A DNA stretch of 64,000 nucleotides from Limnothrix sp. BL-A-16 (GTDB lineage: Bacteria > Cyanobacteriota > Cyanobacteriia > CACIAM-69d), in the NCBI GenBank assembly GCA_041937175.2, contig CP166615.1, positions 3,936,001 through 4,000,000 on the forward strand. The letters run 5' to 3'. The translations under genes were made by a program, and so were the position numbers. The notes under the pieces are model-generated. The model saw only the letters and a program-made list of their open reading frames with translations, made no database searches and was not told where the DNA came from. This document shows, in pieces, positions 22,710 to 32,456 of the stretch (its first letter is position 1; every line of letters starts with the position of its first letter).

Positions 22710-24704
22710 TCATGAATCAATGGGCAAACGAATCAAAAACTCAGTCCCTTGATTGAGTTGAGATTGTACATCGATCGACCCGCCATGTTTGGTCACTACA
22801 ATTTCTCGAGCGATCGATAGGCCAATCCCTGTGCCTTGGTTCACGCCCTTGGTTGTGAAGAGGTGATCAAAAACCCGAGCGATCGTTGCCTCATCCATTC
22901 CTTTAGCATTGTCAGCAATGCTAATCACAATCTGATTAGTTTCTAACTTTGTGGTTACGGTAATTTGATAGGAGTGGGTTGGTAAATTTTCAAGGCTCTG
23001 CTCCATGGCGGACTCGTCGATCGCGTCAATGGCATTGGCCAAAATATTCATAAATACCTGATTCATCTGCCCCGGAAAGCAGTAAATCTCAGGCGAATTC
23101 TCATAATTACGAACCACCCGGATTTCAGCGCGATGGTTAGTCGCCTTTAGGCGATATTTTAAAATTAGAATCGTGCTGTCCAAATTTTCCGTCAGTTGGG
23201 CCCTAACTTTTTGATCGGTGTCCGATCGCGTGAATGCTCGCAAACTTTTACTAATTCCAGTCACACGCCCTGTGGCATTGTGCATGGATTCAAACAACTT
23301 AGGAAAATCTTCCTCTAAAAACTCTAAATCGATATCCTCAGCATGTTCAACAATATCCCTGCCAGGTTCAGGGTATTGCTGCTGGTAAAGTCGGATATGC
23401 TCCAATAGATAATTGGCATATTCTTCAGCATTTTCAATGCTGCCATTCAAGAAGCCGATCGGGTTATTAATTTCATGGGCAACCCCAGCGATTAAATTTC
23501 CCAGTGCAGACATTTTTTCACTTTGCACCATTTGGGCTTGAGTGAACTTCAACTCCTCAAGAGTTTGCTCTAAGGTTCGATTTTGCTGAATTAATGTTTT
23601 GGCCTGATGCTCTAAAACATGATTAGCAACCTTTAAATCTGCGAATGCTCGATCCAGCTTCACCTTGGCAGTGTTTTGCTCAGCCAAAGTTGCCGTCAAA
23701 ATTAACGACGTAAAAACCACCACCACTATAAAGGACTGCAAACCCATCAACGACTGATTCAAGTGAGGGCTGGCAAAACTGCCCAACCCGCGCACCGTGC
23801 CTAAAATAGCCATCAAAGAAATCAAGAAAGCTGTGAGATTAGCGCCCAAATCTCCAAATCGAAAAACAGCCCAAATTAATAAGGGAATTAATATATAGGC
23901 GATGGATTGTCCATTCCAAAAAGCAGAAAGACTGATGAAGAAAACACTTGAAGTCAAAAATAGAAATTCAATTTCTTTGCTCGGAATTGCCTTAATTCCC
24001 AATCGTGATAAAACACCTTTAAAAGAATATGGAGTTACGATCTTACGGTTCAAAATATGAAAAATCAGTTTCGGTAAGTTACGATAACTCAGTTGATTCA
24101 GTTTTAGGTAGCGATATCCACTCAAAATGAGTGGTGTCAAAATAAAGATACCGGCAACGTTGGAAATCCACCAAGTTAACCAAGTGCTGAGAGCATTTTC
24201 AAAAAAATCAATTTTCCCAGCAGCAGCTAACATGCCTACGCCCATTGTTGCGTTGACGATGGGGCCCAGCAATCCTGCGTAAACCAAAAACCGAATGGTG
24301 TCAGAAACTTGGCTAAATGGATATCGACTGCGGGTTGACTGTTTAAATAAATCGGTTCCTAATTGAGTGCCCGCAGTGGTACCTGCGGCAATACCCAGTA
24401 CGGCCACGGTGGATAACAGCAAGGTGATCAGATTACGATCGCCCCAAAAGGCTTGAATATTGGCCCCTAAGGATCCCAAAAAAATGCCGGGAAGCACGCT
24501 TTTGCCACAGAGCAAGACAATGCCAACGGCGAATCCATCCGGCGGCCAAACTGGGGTGACCGAGTTTGGCGTGGAAGCGACGGCCCGGGACAGCTCTGCC
24601 AGGGCATCGTAAACCAAGGCGGTTGCCAAGATTGGCCCGAAGTGAAACCTTTGCAGCCACACCAGGGATTTGCGAACTGTGATGACGTTGGTGATCTGTT
24701 CCAT
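22710..24704 (-). CDS. MASE1-domain sensor histidine kinase
   Basis: TPVWPPDG MASE1 TM region, H-box AHEINNP, NQVFMNILANAIDA, GTGIGL. Confidence 0.92.
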   Translation of the reverse strand: MEQITNVITVRKSLVWLQRFHFGPILATALVYDALAELSRAVASTPNSVTPVWPPDGFAVGIVLLCGKSVLPGIFLGSLGANIQAFWGDRNLITLLLSTVAVLGIAAGTTAGTQLGTDLFKQSTRSRYPFSQVSDTIRFLVYAGLLGPIVNATMGVGMLAAAGKIDFFENALSTWLTWWISNVAGIFILTPLILSGYRYLKLNQLSYRNLPKLIFHILNRKIVTPYSFKGVLSRLGIKAIPSKEIEFLFLTSSVFFISLSAFWNGQSIAYILIPLLIWAVFRFGDLGANLTAFLISLMAILGTVRGLGSFASPHLNQSLMGLQSFIVVVVFTSLILTATLAEQNTAKVKLDRAFADLKVANHVLEHQAKTLIQQNRTLEQTLEELKFTQAQMVQSEKMSALGNLIAGVAHEINNPIGFLNGSIENAEEYANYLLEHIRLYQQQYPEPGRDIVEHAEDIDLEFLEEDFPKLFESMHNATGRVTGISKSLRAFTRSDTDQKVRAQLTENLDSTILILKYRLKATNHRAEIRVVRNYENSPEIYCFPGQMNQVFMNILANAIDAIDESAMEQSLENLPTHSYQITVTTKLETNQIVISIADNAKGMDEATIARVFDHLFTTKGVNQGTGIGLSIAREIVVTKHGGSIDVQSQLNQGTEFLIRLPIDS

Positions 24705-25374
24705 AGATTTCCAGTGGACGATCGAGCTATTGAGTATTACGTCGATCTATGAAAAAGTCGTGAAAGTATTCAGCAAATTTGTGGAAATGCAGACAAATCA
24801 GGTGTTGTTCCCATTAATTAGCCTAAATACGAGCCTTTTGGTAGTCTAAGCTTCAGACAAATTCCAATCAGTCCATTTTTTAGCAACCGTTGAATAATTG
24901 TTAAAGTTTTTAAAATGTTTACATGAAGTTCAAGCTTTTATTGATCAATTATTTTTTGCTAATTAATAGAATCCCTGAATTTTAATTTCGTATTGTTATT
25001 TGTATGAATGAATCGATTTCTGTGCTTTTTGGTTGTTTTTGGCTGTTGCTTCACGAATTATTTGAATTGCAATTTGATGCTATGTAATAGACAACAGGTG
25101 AGGAGAATTTGACTAGACTGGTGATTTAGATGGCATTAAACGAACAAAATATTAAGCGTGATTTCCTGAATTTGAAAAACTAATAATCTTACGATCTGTT
25201 TAAATTTCTATATAAAAATTAATGTCAATCCATTTGACCTCAACGGAATTTCAGCATGTCACTGCCCGATCGAGCCAGCCAGCCTCTGGAATCGATCGAT
25301 CCAGGCTTGCCCCTGGACGCTTGGACTGAACCCGGCCATAAGGTTCAGGCTCATGGCTTGCTGGGGGCTTGTGG

Positions 25375-26046
25375 CTAAAGGTCTCCCCATTTCCGCAGCA
25401 GGTTGGCGTGGGTTTTGGCAATCAGGTCAAATTCGGGTGTTTTGCCGGTTTTGGCAAATAGTGATTGGCGGGCGGTGTCCAGATCAAAAAGCAGCTCTCG
25501 TTCGGCGGGATCTTTGACGAGACTTTGGATCCAAGTGACGGCCACCAGCCGCACACCCTGCTCGATCGCTTCAACGCGGTGCAGGGTGGAGGAGGGATAG
25601 AGCACCATGGCTCCGGCTGCGAGCTTGAAGGTTTCTTCGCCATTGGTGGTTTCAATCACCAATTCGCCACCGTCGTAGGTTTCGGGCGATCGCAAAAACA
25701 GGGTGAGAGACAAGTCCGATCGAATCTTGGGATCGCTGCCCATGAAGGCGTTGTCCACGTGGCTGCCGTAGGCCATGCCGGTTTCGTAGCGACTGAACAA
25801 AATGGGGCCGATCGCCTTGGGCAGTGCTGCCATCTGAAACAACGGATTGCGCCATAGGGCCTGTTGTACCAACGTTCGCAAGGGGCCAAAGGCGGGGTCT
25901 GTGCTGGCCAGTTGGGTGTTGTGCTTCACGAGCTTGGCGTGCCAGCCAGCGGTGGCCTGGCCGTCAATAAATGTTGCGCCTGCCAGTTGCGCCTCAATGG
26001 TGGCCAGTTCCTCCACGCTCAGCACATTAGCAATAGAAATAATCAT
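25375..26046 (-). CDS. PKHD-type Fe(II)/2-oxoglutarate dioxygenase (PiuC/YbiX-like)
   Basis: FIDGQATAG, YGSHVDNA, DLSLTLFL, YDGGEL, LHRV, WIQS. Confidence 0.93.
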   Translation of the reverse strand: MIISIANVLSVEELATIEAQLAGATFIDGQATAGWHAKLVKHNTQLASTDPAFGPLRTLVQQALWRNPLFQMAALPKAIGPILFSRYETGMAYGSHVDNAFMGSDPKIRSDLSLTLFLRSPETYDGGELVIETTNGEETFKLAAGAMVLYPSSTLHRVEAIEQGVRLVAVTWIQSLVKDPAERELLFDLDTARQSLFAKTGKTPEFDLIAKTHANLLRKWGDL

Positions 26047-26226
26047 TAGTCTTTTTAATTGCAGATCGTTTTCTTAGAAAAATTACTACGGTTTGGCATT
26101 AAGCAGCTCAAGTTCCTTGAGTATGGTTGACTGCAAAAACGGTTAAATTCAAGAAATATCAGCATTTTCCCGATCACGACTGCTCTGGCTTGGCTCCAGG
26201 AAGCGGGACAAGCACCTGTTATACTC

Positions 26227-26244
26227 TTGCAAGTAATTCGCAAT
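26227..26244. promoter_or_regulatory. Putative Fur box between divergent piuC-like and efeO genes
   Basis: TTGCAAGTAATTCGCAAT resembles the TTGAGAATnATTCTCAAT-type Fur consensus; sits between iron-uptake genes. Confidence 0.55.
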
Positions 26245-26356
26245 TTTTGACCTCCGCTCCAATTTCTGGAGGGGCCAATCGGTGCGCCTCAGCAACCTCC
26301 GCCATGCAACCGTTGCCACTGGCCATCGGATCTTTAGCCATCAGACTTCAGCAGCC

Positions 26357-27397
26357 ATGAAAAATAAAACAAAACTTTGGGTTGGCATTGGTGCATATCT
26401 ATTAACCGCCCTGAGTCCCACGGGTTGTGCGGTTGCACCTCAGCAAAATGCAGCGGTCTCAACCCAGGGAGCGGTCTCACCTGGGGCTGAATCTCCCGTA
26501 GCTTCCGCCACAGCCTCGCCGGGGGCGGTGGCTTCGGAACTGGATCCCTGTCGGCGGGGGGCTGGCGGCGAAGGGGGCGAAGGGGGCGAAGGCGGTGAAG
26601 GGGGCGAAGGGGCCGAAGACAGCAGCGCTCCGGCCACGCCGAACCCGGCCATTAAGCCAGAGGAGTTGCAGAAGGCGGTGGCCGATTACAAGACCTATGT
26701 GGTGCAAGAGGTCGATCGCCTGGTAACTGATACGAAGGTGTTTACCGATCGGGTAATTGCCGGAGATGTGGCGGGGGCGAAAGCGGTGTATGGCTCATCG
26801 CGGTTGGGTTGGGAACGAATTGAGCCGATCGCCTCGTCCTTTGCGGCCCTGGATGGGGCGATCGATGCGCGGGTGGATGACTTTAAAGGGGAAGACGACC
26901 CCGCATTCACCGGCTTCCACCGCATTGAAATGGGGCTGTTTAAATACAACACCACCAAAGGTTATGAACCCTTTGCCCGCAAGCTGATGACGGATCTTGA
27001 GGGTCTGAAAACCTGTGTCGCTTCCTTAGAAATTGAGCCGAGGGATATGGTTCGGGGGGCTTCGGAACTGATTGAAGAAGTCTCCCTGGGCAAAATTACC
27101 GGCGAGGAAGATCGCTACAGCCGTCTGGATTTTTGGTCATTCCGCGCCAACTTGGAAGGTTCCCAAAAAGTGGTGGATTTGGTGCGGCCCATGGTGCAGC
27201 GAATTCAGCCCACGGTGTTGCAACGGGTCGATCGGGATTTTGCGGCCGTGAATCAGGTGTTGGAGAAATATAAGCTGCCCAATGGCGACTTCATGACCTA
27301 CGACAAACTTTCGGCCGCCGACAAAAAGCGCCTCCAGGCAGATTTGGCCAAGCTTGCGGAAAACATTTCCAAACTACGGGGCGTAATCGGCGTTTAG
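26357..27397 (+). CDS. efeO: Iron-uptake lipoprotein EfeO/EfeM (imelysin M75 domain, no cupredoxin domain)
   Basis: Lipobox-like LSPTGC, WERIEPIA, FTGFHRIE (HxxE), KITGEEDRYS; Gly/Glu GGE-repeat linker. Confidence 0.9.
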   Translation: MKNKTKLWVGIGAYLLTALSPTGCAVAPQQNAAVSTQGAVSPGAESPVASATASPGAVASELDPCRRGAGGEGGEGGEGGEGGEGAEDSSAPATPNPAIKPEELQKAVADYKTYVVQEVDRLVTDTKVFTDRVIAGDVAGAKAVYGSSRLGWERIEPIASSFAALDGAIDARVDDFKGEDDPAFTGFHRIEMGLFKYNTTKGYEPFARKLMTDLEGLKTCVASLEIEPRDMVRGASELIEEVSLGKITGEEDRYSRLDFWSFRANLEGSQKVVDLVRPMVQRIQPTVLQRVDRDFAAVNQVLEKYKLPNGDFMTYDKLSAADKKRLQADLAKLAENISKLRGVIGV

Positions 27398-27487
27398 GGC
27401 TAACTAACCGTTATCCCATCCCCACCACTGCTTGCTATACCAACGGGCCAGACATCGTTTTTGAGGAGACACTCAGAGGACATATTC

Positions 27488-28735
27488 ATGGTAAAACCAC
27501 GCTTTTCCTGGAGTCGGCGGCAACTCCTGGGACGGGGATTGGCGGTCGCCGTTGGTGCAGGCTTGGGCCTGTGGCAAGGTCAGCGCTGGTGGGGCGATCG
27601 CTCCCAGGCCGCTGCCCTGACGGAGGCGATTCCCTTTTGGGGCCCCCACCAACCGGGCATCGCGACACCGGATGTAGCCGCTGCCCTGGTGGTGGCTCTG
27701 GACGTGACCGCGCGCGATCGCCAGGAGCTGACCCAACTGTTTCAAACCCTGACCGATCGAATTGCCTACTTGATGGCCGGGGGGGCCCTGAAACCCTTGG
27801 ATCAGCGTTATCCCCCCAGCGGCTCCGGCATTTTGGGCGACGAATTTCCCGCCGATCGGCTCACGGTCACTGTTTCCGTGGGGGCTTCTCTGTTTGACCA
27901 GCGCTATGGTCTAGCCGCCGCCAAACCCCGTCATTTGACGGAAATGCCCAATTTCCCGAACGATCGCCTCGATCCCCAGCTTTGCCATGGCGACTTGCTC
28001 TTGCAGTTTTGCGCCAACCACGAAGAAACCAACATCCACGCCCTGCGCGACATCCTGAAGCAATTGTCGGGGTTGGTGGTTTTGCGCTGGCAAATGGCCG
28101 GTTTCCAACAGCCCGATCGCGATCCCCATCCCCGCCGTACCACCGTTCGCAACCTGTTGGGTTTCAAGGACGGCACGGTGAATCCGAACCCGAAGGATGA
28201 GGCGGTAATGAACCGGTTGGTGTGGGTGACTCAGAACAACCAAGAACCGGCCTGGACGGTCGGCGGTTCCTATCATGTGGTGCGAATTATTCGGATGTTT
28301 GTGGAGTTTTGGGATCGAACTCCCTTGGATGAGCAAGAGGCGGTGATGGGACGATCGCGCAGTAGCGGCGCTCCCTTGGGTTATCGCCACGAGGAAGATA
28401 TTCCGAATTATCAACGGGCTGGCAAAGCCATTCCCCTCGACTCCCATATTCGATTGGCAAATCCGCGCAATCCCGGCATGGGAGAACATCAAATTTTACG
28501 CAAGGGATTCCACTACTCTCGCGACATCGATCGCGCTGGCCAGTTGGACATGGGCTTGCTCTTTTTGGCCTTTCAACAGGATGTGAAAACGGGCTTTGAA
28601 GCCATCCAAAATCGATTGAATGGTGAACCCTTGGAGGAATACATTAAGCCGATCGGGGGTGGCTACTTTTTTGCCCTTCCCGGCGTGGCCGATCGCGGCA
28701 GTTACTTGGGCCAGTCCCTGTTGCGATCGGTGTAA
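27488..28735 (+). CDS. efeB: Tat-exported DyP-type peroxidase EfeB
   Basis: Tat motif SRRQLL, HQPGIATP, GFKDGTVNP, HIRLANPR, EYIKPIGGGYFF. Confidence 0.93.
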   Translation: MVKPRFSWSRRQLLGRGLAVAVGAGLGLWQGQRWWGDRSQAAALTEAIPFWGPHQPGIATPDVAAALVVALDVTARDRQELTQLFQTLTDRIAYLMAGGALKPLDQRYPPSGSGILGDEFPADRLTVTVSVGASLFDQRYGLAAAKPRHLTEMPNFPNDRLDPQLCHGDLLLQFCANHEETNIHALRDILKQLSGLVVLRWQMAGFQQPDRDPHPRRTTVRNLLGFKDGTVNPNPKDEAVMNRLVWVTQNNQEPAWTVGGSYHVVRIIRMFVEFWDRTPLDEQEAVMGRSRSSGAPLGYRHEEDIPNYQRAGKAIPLDSHIRLANPRNPGMGEHQILRKGFHYSRDIDRAGQLDMGLLFLAFQQDVKTGFEAIQNRLNGEPLEEYIKPIGGGYFFALPGVADRGSYLGQSLLRSV

Positions 28736-28768
28736 TTGCGATCGATCTAATTCAGAAGGTACAGCTTA

Positions 28769-28910
28769 GGGCCTGTCGTCATTTAACCCGAAACCCTAGA
28801 TCTACCGTTAGCGGATCGTGAGGGACAAGGGGCTTGAGCATCTTGCTACGACGGTTAGGACACAGAAGATCAGCCGTTCTAGCATCACCTCGAAAAATGA
28901 CGACAAGCCC
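28769..28910 (+). mobile_element. MITE family B, copy 1 (142 bp)
   Basis: TIRs GGGCCTGTCGTCATTT / AAATGACGACAAGCCC flanked by TA; degenerate palindrome at 28826-28845. Confidence 0.88.
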
Positions 28911-28913
28911 TAA

Positions 28914-29044
28914 GAGGATGTCTGAAAAGTATCTTTTGGCCTGTGCCAAACACCAATAGTTGTGGGGGCAAGGGGCTTAAGCCCCTTGTCTCCGTCGATC
29001 CCTGGGGCGTACAGGGTAGCAATTTTGGCTTTTCAGACATCCTT
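28914..29044 (-). mobile_element. MITE family A, copy 3 (131 bp, inverted), abutting B1
   Basis: GAGGATGTCTGAAAAG ... CTTTTCAGACATCCTT; TAA duplicated at 28911-28913 and 29045-29047; palindrome at 28969-28988. Confidence 0.88.
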
Positions 29045-29147
29045 TAAGGCGCATTGACTCAACCAATTGAGCGAATCAATCGATCAATTGAATCAATCAA
29101 TCGATCGAATGAATTAAGCAGGGTAATTCAGACCGAATTGGACTGAG

Positions 29148-30164
29148 CTAGATCGAATAATGCAGCGGAAACGCCTTCGCTCCCTTGGGCTTGACGTAAA
29201 CCCGTTGCTGGGGCGAAAGATCTAATTCATCAAATCGTTCCCGTGTTAGATGGGCCGTCATCACCTGCCCATCATCCAACACCAATTCCGCCTGAATTTC
29301 CCAACCCAAATGCACCAGCCGACTAATCCGGGCCGGAGCCGTGGCCCTGTCCGGTGTTAGCTCAATCACCACATCATGGGGTCGCAAGAAAATTTCCGGC
29401 TCCGTGGAAGCAATGCCATGGGCTTGGAAGATTTGGGAATCGCTGGGCAGAATGTTCACCGGCCCAATGAACTTCATCACAAAAGGCGTGGCGGGGCGAT
29501 CGTAAATTTCAGCGGGCGAACCAATTTGTTCAATGCGCCCATGATTCACAATCACGATTTCATCGGCCACTTCCATCGCTTCCTCTTGGTCGTGGGTCAC
29601 AAAAACCGTGGTCACATGCACTTCATCGTGCAAACGCCGCAACCAGGCCCGTAAATCCTTGCGCACCCTGGCATCCAATGCCCCAAAGGGTTCATCCAAC
29701 AGCAACACCTTCGGTTCCACAGCCAACGCCCGCGCCAGGGCCACCCGTTGCCGTTGGCCGCCGGACAGTTGGGAGGGGTAGCGATCGCCCAACCCCGAAA
29801 GCTGCACCAACTCCAGCAGCTCATCTACCCGCTGGCGCACCTTGGCGCGATCGGCCTTTTGTAACTCCAACCCAAAGCCAATGTTTTGGCGCACGGTCAT
29901 GTGCTTAAACAGGGCGTAGTGCTGAAACACAAAGCCGATGTTGCGCTCTTGTACGGTTTGGTCGGTGGCATCTTTGCCGGTGAGCCAAATGCGCCCGCTG
30001 TCTGGCTTTTCGAGACCGGCAATCAACCGCAGCAAGGTTGATTTCCCAGACCCCGACGCACCCAACAGGGCCACTAGCGAACCGGACTCTAAGCTAAGGC
30101 TGACGTTATCGACGGCCAGGAAATCGCCAAAGCGTTTGGTGACGTTTTCTACGACGATGCCCAC
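29148..30164 (-). CDS. cysA: Sulfate/thiosulfate ABC transporter ATP-binding subunit
   Basis: [45 protein letters not shown]-like C-terminus. Confidence 0.93.
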   Translation of the reverse strand: MGIVVENVTKRFGDFLAVDNVSLSLESGSLVALLGASGSGKSTLLRLIAGLEKPDSGRIWLTGKDATDQTVQERNIGFVFQHYALFKHMTVRQNIGFGLELQKADRAKVRQRVDELLELVQLSGLGDRYPSQLSGGQRQRVALARALAVEPKVLLLDEPFGALDARVRKDLRAWLRRLHDEVHVTTVFVTHDQEEAMEVADEIVIVNHGRIEQIGSPAEIYDRPATPFVMKFIGPVNILPSDSQIFQAHGIASTEPEIFLRPHDVVIELTPDRATAPARISRLVHLGWEIQAELVLDDGQVMTAHLTRERFDELDLSPQQRVYVKPKGAKAFPLHYSI

Positions 30165-30282
30165 GATGCCGCTGCTCCCGATGCGAAAGGTTGACCCCCA
30201 TTATGCAATGGATAGGTCGCCGATCGATTGCATAAACCCCGCTTTCTCGGTCGTGTTACCGGGGTTTTGTCGGGTTCGCAGC

Positions 30283-31260
30283 CTAGTTTTCTCCCGTGGC
30301 ATCGGCCGATCGCCCCAGTCGATCGAGCCATTGGCGCAAGAGGGCATTCACCTGATCGGGCGCTTCATCGTGGGGACAATGGCCTGCTCCCTCGATCGGC
30401 ACAAACTCCAAACGCGGTGAACAACCGACAAATTGTTGGGACAGGGCAAAGGGAATCAGTCGATCGCGCGTTCCCCACAACAGGAGCACCGGAATTTGGA
30501 TGTGGTTCAACACCCGCCGAATGGGGGGCGAAAACCGACTGCTGGCCATGGCGCGGATAATTTGGGCAAAGGTGCGGGCCGCCCCCCGATCGCGGGCCGG
30601 TTCTGTCAAAATTTCCACCAACTCCGGATCGATCGCCCCGGGATCTCCCCAAGCCAAGCCAGCCCAGCGCCGCACCACGGCCGGCCGGCGCACCCCATAA
30701 AAAACAGCCTGCAACAGCCAGGGAGAAGCCACCAAAGCCTCCAGCCCGAGCACCAGCGGGCGCAGGGCCCTGGGAATGATCTCCTCGCGCATAGATGGAT
30801 CGGGCAAGCTAATCGCCACGGCCCCACAAACCATTTCGGGGTAGCATTCCGCCACCGTGAGGGCAATGGCCGAGCCGATCGAGTTGCCCACCACCACCGC
30901 CGGAACCCCGATGAAGGTTTGCCAAAAATCCCGCACCTGTTCCGCCCAAAAGTAGGCATCGTAGGCCACCGAAGGTTTGCAGGATGCGCCAAAGCCCACC
31001 AAATCGAGGGCATAAACCGGGTGGTGGGTGGCCAAGGCTTCCATGTTGGAGCGCCAATAGCCGATCGAGGCCCCGAACCCATGCAGCAACAAAATGGGCG
31101 GCCCGCCATTCACCGCCGGCCCGGGCAGGAAACTGTAGCGGGTTGACCAACCGCGCCAAACCCAATCACGCCGATCGCCCACGCGATCGACCCACGATCG
31201 CGCCGGGAGTTGAGGGACTGGGGGTTGCTGGTCGGTTGTGGCCAGTGGAGTTGCGTTCAT
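30283..31260 (-). CDS. Alpha/beta-fold hydrolase
   Basis: LLHGFG, GNSIG nucleophile elbow, GHCPHDE. Confidence 0.9.
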   Translation of the reverse strand: MNATPLATTDQQPPVPQLPARSWVDRVGDRRDWVWRGWSTRYSFLPGPAVNGGPPILLLHGFGASIGYWRSNMEALATHHPVYALDLVGFGASCKPSVAYDAYFWAEQVRDFWQTFIGVPAVVVGNSIGSAIALTVAECYPEMVCGAVAISLPDPSMREEIIPRALRPLVLGLEALVASPWLLQAVFYGVRRPAVVRRWAGLAWGDPGAIDPELVEILTEPARDRGAARTFAQIIRAMASSRFSPPIRRVLNHIQIPVLLLWGTRDRLIPFALSQQFVGCSPRLEFVPIEGAGHCPHDEAPDQVNALLRQWLDRLGRSADATGEN

Positions 31261-31728
31261 TGGGTACTTTGGCCGAATACTTTTGATCGAGCGGCCTCGA
31301 TGATCGAATGGCCTCGATCGAGGCACTGGATCACAAGGGCCATCGTGATTAAGTTGCCTGGATCAAATACTAAGAAATCTTGCGAATTTATTGACATCCT
31401 TAGCTGCACCTTAGCCGATCAAACCGCCTATTTCCAAGGTGTGATCGCCCGAAAAGTCCCTCATCCCATCCACCCCTGGCACAGAGTAAAATAGGTGGCA
31501 GTCCCTGTTGTTTTGGGCCCAGTTTGTCCCGCAGCAGCCAGACGCTGGATGGTTCAATACCGTTCGACACCATTCAATTGATTGCTCGATCGTGCTAAGA
31601 CGGAAGCAAATCGCCTCAATCGCCCCATGCGATCGGCTGTTTCCCGCCTTAGCAACGCTGGCCCAGCCTAAATAAACTTCAAAAGCTCCATTCACAGCGA
31701 TCGCGCTACCCCAGAATCCATTTCACCA

Positions 31729-32271
31729 ATGCCACCAGTCATCGACAAACGCAAACCCGCGAATCTTCCCCCCATCAACGAAAACATCCGCTTTCCCGAA
31801 GTGCGCCTGATTGATGCGGACGGCGCACAGGTTGGAATCATCCCCACCTACGACGCACGCCGCATGGCCGAGGAAAAGGAACTAGACCTCGTGCTGATTA
31901 GTGACAAGGCCGTGCCGCCCGTTTGCCGGATCATGGACTACGGCAAATATAAGTTTGAGCAAGAAAAGAAGGCGCGCGAGGCCAAGAAGAAGCAGCACAC
32001 GGCTGACGTGAAAGAAGTCAAGATGCGCTACAAAATCGACCCGCACGATTACCAAGTGCGGATCCGCGCCGCTGAACGCTTCCTCAAGGCCGGTGACAAA
32101 GTGAAGGCTACGATCACCTTCCGGGGGCGGGAAATTCAACACGCCCACCTGGCGGAAACCCTGCTCAATCAAATGATGCGGGATCTGCAAGAAGTGGCTG
32201 AGGTGCAGCAAGCACCGAAGCGGGAAGGCCGCAATATGATGATGCTGCTGTCACCCAAGCGGGAAAAGTAA
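31729..32271 (+). CDS. infC: Translation initiation factor IF-3
   Basis: [33 protein letters not shown]. Confidence 0.97.
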   Translation: MPPVIDKRKPANLPPINENIRFPEVRLIDADGAQVGIIPTYDARRMAEEKELDLVLISDKAVPPVCRIMDYGKYKFEQEKKAREAKKKQHTADVKEVKMRYKIDPHDYQVRIRAAERFLKAGDKVKATITFRGREIQHAHLAETLLNQMMRDLQEVAEVQQAPKREGRNMMMLLSPKREK

Positions 32272-32456
32272 CCTTCGGCCAGGATGGCCAGGGGTGAAAA
32301 CTGGGTGATGGCACGCGGAGGCCCCTGGGCCCAACCGTGACCATTAGATTGACGAGCCATCCACGGTTTTGTCACCCTTGTGTGGTGGGGGGCGCGCGAT
32401 CGCGCGCCCCTCTCCCTTGCCCGTCCGCCCACTCCATATTGACTGACCGATCGCCC

